A DNA stretch of 64,000 nucleotides from Nemertoderma westbladi (lineage: Eukaryota; Animalia; Xenacoelomorpha), in the NCBI GenBank assembly GCA_032718475.1, contig JAUCBJ010004437.1, positions 1 through 64,000 on the forward strand, in the 5' to 3' direction. A model generated the notes under the pieces. It worked only from the letters and a program-made list of their open reading frames with translations. It searched no databases and was not told where the DNA came from. Shown here one piece after another: positions 56,510 through 64,000 of this stretch. Each line of letters begins with the position of its first letter. Position 1 is the stretch's first letter. A program made the position numbers and the translations under genes.

Positions 56510-56795
56510 TGCTACTACTACTTGGATCGGCATGCTGCATTGCAGCTGCATTTTTAAGAATGCTGTGCCGGCTTGTCAACAAAATTGCACCGCCACAACT
56601 CCCTATCACCCATGACATTTGCTAGATCATCCGCATCTTTAAGGCCAGTGTCCTTTAAGATGCGTCTCAAGAAAGTCATGGGCTGTCCACCATGCTTATT
56701 CACTCCATGAGGCTGCCAAAGTACAAGATTATGCACTGGCTGGTCCTCACGGCGAAAGCAATGTCCTGCAAAGCGGAGGCGATTTTGTTCTAGTG
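56510..56795 (-). mobile_element. 3' fragment of an RTE-like LINE
   Basis: Translates to RLRFAGHCFRREDQPVHNLVLWQP...DTGL...DRELWR. A second copy lies at 61880-62180. Confidence 0.7.
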
Positions 56796-57413
56796 TACTG
56801 CAGTAAAGTCTGAAGGTCCTGCGATGGCCTACAGGCCTATCTGCCTATGGCAGTATGGCTGTAAGGGAATGACATTTCACATTAACACAGCCACGCTACA
56901 GCAATATATAATATAATAATAATATACTGTATGTAAGGTGGGATCTAAGTTCGTATAGTCTGGTCGATTTAGGAGCAATTTTAGGTATACCAGGAAAAAA
57001 ATGTTACTAAGCCAAGTTTGGTATAATTAGAAGCGCAAATGTATGCTCTTTAAGAATATCGAAAGTCCTCCGCAGCATACCTTGGGCAACTTTTTTTATA
57101 GCCATTTTCGTGAACCCTATCCATAAGTATAATTAATTAAAATTTACTTGATCTTCACTTGGAATATTTCCTTGTTGCTAAGAGACAATGTAATAATTAT
57201 TCTGAAAATATAATGGGGTATGGTAAATTCCATATAGACATCATCTCAACATTTCACAATAAAAAATTCCGTTCTTTCGTCACTTTCGGGCACCGGTAGA
57301 ACACTAGCTATTATGGTAGCTAGCTAATTTTTCAAAAAATTCAATATTAATTTTTTTAAATGGAAATATTTCATGATGAATTTATTTCATTATGAAAGTC
57401 TAGAACAGCAAAG

Positions 57414-57833
57414 TTGTGGCTTTCTTATATTGAGTGTGTTAACACCCTGAAGTTGTTCATTCGTGCAGAGAGAACTGGAGATTGGAATACGCATCTTGTA
57501 GCAGTTGGGAGGATCATAAATATATTTGCGGCAACAGGACATTTTAATTTTGCGAAGAGTACTCACTACGAAGAGTCTTGTATTTGCAATGGATACTGGA
57601 ATTGCCTAAAAAAACACCAATGGTTCTATCGGCAGTTCTCACAGTATGGGTTTCACTCTGTGCGGCGCAGTGATCGTTACTGGGCCAGCTTATGGACTAA
57701 TCTTATCATCGAACAAGTCATGATGAGATCTATCAAGAGCAGAGGAGGTCTTACTAGAGGGCGAGGGATTACAGAATCTGTTAGATTGATGTGGGTATAC
57801 AGTATCCATGAATGTGCCATGAATGAACATTAA
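57414..57833 (+). pseudogene. Transposase fragment (AcademX-like)
   Basis: FIRAERTGDW.HL...FAATGH.NFAKS...VRRSDRYW...IEQVMMRSIKSRGGLTRGRG, recognised from memory as a widespread invertebrate transposon protein. Confidence 0.65.
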
Positions 57834-58111
57834 TTATTACAGGTATGGTTTAATAAAAGGTGTATAGATGCAATTGTTCCACTAATTTTGATTTTATTTT
57901 TTTCTATAACTACAGTAACACCGGTAGCCTACCTACATTACATAAGCAGACTGTATAATGTGTATATTATACACTTTTCAATATTTATATTATAAATTGA
58001 TTATATTTAATAATTATTATATATTTTGTTTAATAAACTATCATTCCTTCAATTTATTAATTGTAATAGAGGGAATAGGAGTTACCATTGTAGGAGTAGG
58101 GGTGGTCCCTT

Positions 58112-58784
58112 TGTAAGCGGATTCAATTCCCTTGCATTATCCACCCGAAAATGGGACCAGTGGCATTTTACCAATACAGTTGGCGATACGAGATTACCAA
58201 TAATATTCTCGCCTCATAACCAACTTTGGGGGAGGGGGGCGACACAAGCCCTAAAGCCACAGAGAGAGGTGAGAGGTCAAACCACCTCGGAGGGAGAACA
58301 CAGTTAGTGAAGGCTATCGGTGGGGGGAAACACTCACAGGGAGTGCCAAAGTGACAATTAGTATATAAGCCAATAGCAGGCAGGGGAGCACGTGAACAGA
58401 GATAGGAAAGCATCCATTGGGTACAGAAGGCCAAGTAGAGTAAGATGAGGTGAAACCAATATCTATGTGTATCAATCATATAGTTATTCTGTATTACTGG
58501 TTTACCGGTCAGTTCATTAATCGCAGAGTTGCAGACCGGTTATAGTTTTTGACTGTCATCACCAACCAGTATCTATTACTGATTTACTCCTGTATTCTGT
58601 ATTACTGATTTATCGCAATCACATACTAATTCTGTGCTATTATCATTTGGAACATTAACATTGAGGAACACAAACTCTGTTATTTTCCCCTACGGCTTTC
58701 AGCCAAAACGACATTAGCTCAGCAGCCCAGCAGGATGGTGACGCGTACAAATCTAACCCGGTCGGGATCTACGATCCCGTCACA
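58112..58784 (+). mobile_element. Solo LTR related to the inner BEL/Pao LTR
   Basis: TGTAAGCGGATTCAATTCCC...CGGGATCTACGATCCCGTCACA with TSD CCCTT at 58107-58111 and 58785-58789. Both ends resemble those of the inner LTR. Confidence 0.88.
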
Positions 58785-58789
58785 CCCTT

Positions 58790-59045
58790 TGCCTCAAGAT
58801 GGCGAAATCGATGGTAGATATGGTGAATCTAACGGTTGCCATAGTAACTGAGACTTGAAAATATTATCAATGAATTTTCCATAGTCGATATAGTGGGGTT
58901 AGGAGTTGGTCCCGTTGCCTCAAGATGGCCAAATCGATGGTTGATATGGCTAATCTACCGGTTGCCATGGTAACTGAGAATTGAAAATATGTTCAATGAA
59001 TTCTCCGTTGGCGATATAGTGGGGGTAGGAGCTAGCCCAGTTGCT
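58790..59045. repeat. About 125-bp tandem repeat into which the solo LTR inserted
   Basis: TTGCCTCAAGATGG..AAATCGATGG...GGTTGCCAT.GTAACTGAGA occurs twice, and the flank at 58090-58111 matches the unit. Confidence 0.75.
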
Positions 59046-59184
59046 TTAAATGTATTTATATCTATTCTTATTTCGGTTGCTATGGAAACGGGATTCGTGA
59101 GAGTTGCCCACCCTATTGAAGAGAGGACTTTTCAGATTTCGAAAGAGGGGATCTTAGTGATTCGAAACATACCAAATATAGCTT

Positions 59185-59650
59185 AGAGTTACGCCAACAG
59201 AATGAAAAGACTGAACTGTAAATCACTAGAGGAGCGACGTATACAGATAGATCTGGTAGAAATGTATAAGATTATACGTGGCCTGTCCCCTCTCAGTGGT
59301 AAAATTATGTTCAAACCGACCATCTCGTCTAATCGTAGTAATGGTGCAGCTATCTTTATTCCAAGGTCATCTAACTGCATACACCAGAACCATTTCAGTG
59401 TCCGTAGGATATCCGTGTGGAACAGTTTACCATCTAAAGTAGTCCTCGCTAATTCCCTAAATGTATTTAAATCGAATCTAGAAACCGTAAATTTAATTAT
59501 GCATTGCAGCGGTTCTTGGAAAAACACATTTAATGATGTCTATACCCCGCCTTCCATTGTCACCAAGTAAATACATTAAATTATTATTCCTAATTCTAAT
59601 TAGCACTCTTTATTACTTTATAGAACTCATAGTTGAAATAAATAAATAAA
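59185..59650 (+). mobile_element. 5'-truncated CR1/L2 LINE 3' end
   Basis: Translates to SLEERR...DLVEMYKII...FSVRRISVWNSLP...FKSNLE, with an (AAAT)n tail at 59636-59650. Confidence 0.8.
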
Positions 59651-60375
59651 TTTTAAATATTGCGGTTTAATTTCGTTTGATTGTCATACAGTATGTATTA
59701 GATAGAATTAACCATATATAAGAGTGCATTCAATTTTACCATTACGTCCTTTAATATTCATGTTCATTCTGTCAATTTTAAATTTAATTTTATTTAAGTA
59801 TTATTTACACAGCACATCTCTGTGGTGCTTTTTATCTAGCATGGCTGAGTGCAAATTTTAATGTGTATAACTAACTATATTACCGGTACCTTTAACGAAT
59901 ATGTCATTAAACAAAACAATTTCAAACAATTTCAGCTTGGTAACATTTTTTTCCGGGTATTATATTGTCTTATCGACCAGACAGCCAGACTAGCAGACTA
60001 GTATGGGAAGGTTCTAACAGTCTAAAGTTCGTATGTCAGTATGTTGAGGATCTAAGTTTGTATGTTGAGGATCTCAGTTCCTATGGCTATATGGGAAGGA
60101 TCTATGTTCAACCAAAATCTAAGTTCGTTCAGGATCTAAGGTCAGAAGGTGCTCTGGGATCTATAACAGGGGAACACCCCAGAAATCTGCTGTTCTCCTG
60201 TAGTACTGTAGTAGGCCTATTGCTGTACTGCAGTACTGTAGTAAGCGTATGCAAAATCTGATAAACATAGCTCAGTAGGTACAGCAGTAGCTGCATAGTT
60301 CGGTGCAGTCAGGCAGTAGTCCTGTAGCCGGTACCGGTACCCTGCAGCCCTGGTAGGCCTATATAAATATAACAA

Positions 60376-60590
60376 ATGGCTTTACGTGATAGAGCCCCAG
60401 AAGATTTGAAGTCGAAGGTTTACATCGGGAATCTGGGAACCAGCGGGTCTAAGAAGGAGGTTGAACGCATATTTTCTCGATTCGGTGATATCAAAGACGT
60501 TTGGTTAGCCCGAACACCACCTGGTTATGGTTTCATTCAGTTTGATGACGCCGTTGATGCTAAAGATGCTTGCCGAGAACTCGATGGAAC
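60376..60590 (+). CDS. SRSF3/SRSF7: First coding exon of a serine/arginine-rich splicing factor (SRSF3/SRSF7/Rbp1 type RRM)
   Basis: KVYIGNLG...F..FG.IKDVWLARTPPGYGFIQFDD..DAKDACRELDG. Donor GTGAGT at 60591 is a phase-2 site matching the intron position recalled for this family. The next exon was not found in the window. Confidence 0.88.
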
Positions 60591-61639
60591 GTGAGTTGAA
60601 GACTGGAAGATTTACTGATTTATTAATTCTGTAATTGAATTGTAATTTTGTATACCGGCCCAGCCTGCCAGTCAGCCAGTGGCCTGCCGCTGCCGGCAGA
60701 CCGGTAAAATGGTAAATATTGCATATGGCTGTATGGCTGTATGGTGAGCTGGTACCGGCAGTCGGTGAGAAGTCAAAAATTGGACTTGAGTCCAAAATTG
60801 GACTTTGACTCCAGTTCAAGTCCAAATTTGGACTTCTGTGAGTCCAATATTGGACTTCAAATCAGCCAATTGTTCCAGGGCCTTGGGTAATTGGATCGGG
60901 CGGGATTTAATTTTTTTAATCGAAAGTATATCAAAAAATAAGAGTTTTGAACAGGGGGACCTGAAATTCACCAGGGGGAACTTTTTTTATAAGGCTTTGA
61001 ATTATTACAAAAGTCCAATTTTGGACGTGACATTGAGAATCAAACTTAAAGGTACATGAAGCATGACAGAGACAGATGAGAGACAGCCAGACAGCTATTA
61101 AGTTATGGAAAGTTACCTTTGCATGTATCTTTGTATGTATCTTCAGCGTACTTTACTTAGAATATAATGGCAGAATGGTACATTCTAGCATTCTAGGTAC
61201 TTTGTACTTTACTTTTAGTATATTGTTTAGTTTACATTCATGTTATTTCTAAGATTCTAACCTTACAGCCTTATGTCCCCAGGACTTTAGGACTAGATTG
61301 GATTATGCTCCAACAAATATCAGAATATTTAATTACAAATTATATTTGGTGGAAACTGGTAGCAATGCTAGGTTTGCCAACTGCAGCTGCTGCTAAGGCT
61401 AACTATAGTACAAGCTACACTACGATTTCGTCTAAGCCTATGGGAGCCCTATCAGAAAGAAATACTACAAGTTGATGCTACTACCATCTCTTCTAATTTT
61501 TCCATACAACAGGAAGGGTATTTTAAAACGGCTGGATAATGAAAGGGGATTAACTGATTAACGTGTTGGGGTCTTCACATAATAAAACATGAACCAATTG
61601 GGGGAAAGGAACAGGTTACAGAGGCAGGCTTTTCTAACT

Positions 61640-61820
61640 AAAACAATAAATGGCCACTTTTGACTTTACCAATTGAAGGAGCCCTATCACCACATACAGA
61701 CATAGGGCAGTAGGGCATGTGCTTATACAATGTATAAGCACATGCCCTACTGCCCTATGTCTGTATGTGGTGATAGGGCTCCTTCAATTGGTAAAGTCAA
61801 AAGTGGCCATTTATTGTTTT
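61640..61820. repeat. Perfect palindrome with 90-bp arms and a 1-nt spacer
   Basis: 61640-61729 is the exact reverse complement of 61731-61820. Confidence 0.95.
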
Positions 61821-61879
61821 GTTTGTTTTGTTATTGTTTATAATATACATACAGAAGCAGGCTTTTCTAACCAACTACT

Positions 61880-62180
61880 ACTACAATCGGCATGCTGCAT
61901 TGCAGCTGCATTATATATATACAATATAGGCCATATTAAGTATGCTGTGCCGGCTTGTTGACAAAATTGCGCCTCCACAACTCCCTTACAGCCTTATCAC
62001 CCATGACATTTGTTAGATCATCCGCATCTTCAAGGCCAGTGTCCTTTAAGACAGTAAGAAAGATGCTTCTCAAGAAAGTCATGGGCTGTCCACCATGCTT
62101 ATTCACTCCATGAGGTGCACTGGCTGACCTCACGGCGAAAGCAATGTCCTGCAAAGCGGAGACGGCTTTGTTCTAGTGTC
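61880..62180 (-). mobile_element. Second RTE-like LINE 3' fragment
   Basis: Near copy of 56510-56795. Confidence 0.7.
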
Positions 62181-64000
62181 AAGCTTCAGAGCTTGGGGGA
62201 ACCAATGAGACACCTCCAACTCCAACTCATGTTATATAGCGTCTGGTTGGAAATGTGTGCATTGTACTTGACACAGTGAACCTAATCCAAACAATTAGTC
62301 AATAAACATTAACTCAATAACATAATAGGTTACAGTTTACAGTAGTCTTATTTTTGCCTTACGAAAATACCACAGGTATGGGTATGAATGAACTAGGCCT
62401 ATACAGCTATAACTCAACTCCCCGCCTGCCCGCGGTACGGTATACTATACACTGCTAACTGGCTACAAAAGTAACTACTGATGTCTGACTGTATGTATGC
62501 GATCCCTGCTTATAACTGTATAATACTTAGAATAATTAATTTGATCATTAAAATAATGTTGCATTGTAATTATGTAATATGCATGATATGTATGTACTGA
62601 TGCGGGATGCAGTTTTAATTTAAATACCGATATATACAGTATACAGTATGGGTACACATGGCAGCATGGAGTTGTACTAAAGTCCAAAAATGGACTTCGG
62701 AGTCCAAAATTGGACTTGAAGTCTAAAATTGGACTTGAAGTCCAATTTTTGACTTCTCACCGACTGACCGGTATGGCTGTATGGCATGGCAGCATGGCGC
62801 GCGTGCATGGCGTGATTACCGGTATTTTTAATATCTTTATACATACGGTAATAAATAATATTTACATAATATTAATTAATATTAATAATAATTAGGCTAA
62901 TATTAATTATTAATATTAATACATAATATTTACCGGTTATCTTTATTACCGTATATATTTCTGTATTTTCTTACCCTTACTATTTTTAATATCTGAATAT
63001 AGGCTATTACTGTATTACTACAGTTATGCTGTTATGTATGGCTATGATGACTAGATGAAACATATCAGTACAGCAGTATACCAGTATCAGAGTATACAGG
63101 CTGACAGGTAGGCCTATCAGCCTATAGGGCAGGCCGCAGGGCCTAATGCTTAAACCCTACAACCCTAACAGCCTAAACAGCAAGGCAACTAGGGCCTAAA
63201 TACAGAAATAAAAATGCATCGAGCGTACGTCACCTACGTACAGACGTACCGTAGCCTAGTACATGTCAGCATGTCAGTCACTGATCTATGCCAAAATTGG
63301 CATTTTTCAAAATTGGAAGTTTTCATGCCAAAATTGGAATTTTTGATATATTTTCTGTCCAGGGTCAGCCAATATTGGCTGGGGTTAACTAAATTTTGCA
63401 AAAAAAAATTATATTTTGATGCATTTAGACTGTTTAGAAACTTTTGACCGAGATAAAAAAAAATTCACCATGCTTTTGGTTTTTTATGATTAAAATTTTG
63501 ATACTGTAACCTCTAGTTCCAAAATTGGAAGTTTTTGACCTGCCGTTTTTGGCATTTTTTATTCTGATAGAGGAAGAGCAGCTGCAGACTGGCAGAGAGA
63601 GTGGTTGTAGTTGCTGAGTTGCAGCTTGCAGGCATATATCTGTATATTGGTATATTTACCGAACTTTTGTTGTAAATGTATCAGTGTCATGCTGTGACAG
63701 CTGTGATGTGACATTATACATTCTAGTGAGTTGCATGTGCTTGTGTTCGTAGTCCAATATCCGAATACCTTAAGTGTTAACCTTGATATGATATCTTCTT
63801 AACTACCTAAGAAACGCCCTGCGCTGGGCCATACAACAATGTAAGATTTGATCACATTATCAATTTCAATAGTTTGTCTCAGTTTGTCAGTTTGTGTATA
63901 ACTATACATTCTGTTCTGACCATTTTTTTAAGAATTCGCTATCACCATCACCTGCTTAGCTTGAAGAAGACTTAGTTCCAGTTGTTGTGTTAGTGTTAGT

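Larger units (their letters stand above)
56956..60000 (+). mobile_element. Internally deleted Academ-like DNA transposon
   Basis: TAG...CTA termini. Imperfect TIR TAGTCTGGTCGAT...GGAAAAAAATGTTAC / GTAACATTTTTTTCC...ATCGACCAGAC...CAGACTA. 3-bp TSD GTA. Internal transposase-like fragment. Confidence 0.7.
60759..62766. mobile_element. Non-autonomous DNA transposon in the SRSF intron
   Basis: TIR CAGTCGGTGAGAAGTCAAAAATTGGACTT / AAGTCCAATTTTTGACTTCTCACCGACTG, subterminal AGTCCAA..TTGGACT palindromes, and 5-bp TSD ACCGG. Confidence 0.85.

Overview
Repeat-rich eukaryotic (metazoan-like) genomic DNA, not prokaryotic. The window is dominated by two nested BEL/Pao LTR retrotransposons on the minus strand. 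The outer element spans 24804-55105 (about 1.15-kb LTRs, TSD TGTAG) and sits in a CR1-type LINE remnant. A very young inner element spans 34501-48926 (538-bp LTRs with one difference seen by eye, TSD TCGTC) and splits the outer gag. Two features stand out. (1) Neither element has a TGG-type tRNA primer-binding site; the bases flush with each 5' LTR are instead complementary to a sequence inside that element's own LTR (11/11 nt outer, 9+3 nt inner), which suggests Tf1-like self-priming. (2) Both carry a non-env extra ORF after pol; the inner one encodes an RNase D/WRN-type DEDDy 3'-5' exonuclease-like domain plus three CCHC knuckles and is preceded by a 21-copy hairpin array. Host genes are an intronless MPDU1, the first coding exon of an SRSF3/7-like gene and a frameshifted single-pass membrane protein gene. 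Also present: a minisatellite, a CR1 LINE interrupted by a foldback element, a Helitron/Helentron-like concatemer, an Academ-like transposon, solo LTRs, several MITEs and a perfect 181-bp palindrome. All coordinates and family calls were read by eye; no database searches were run.
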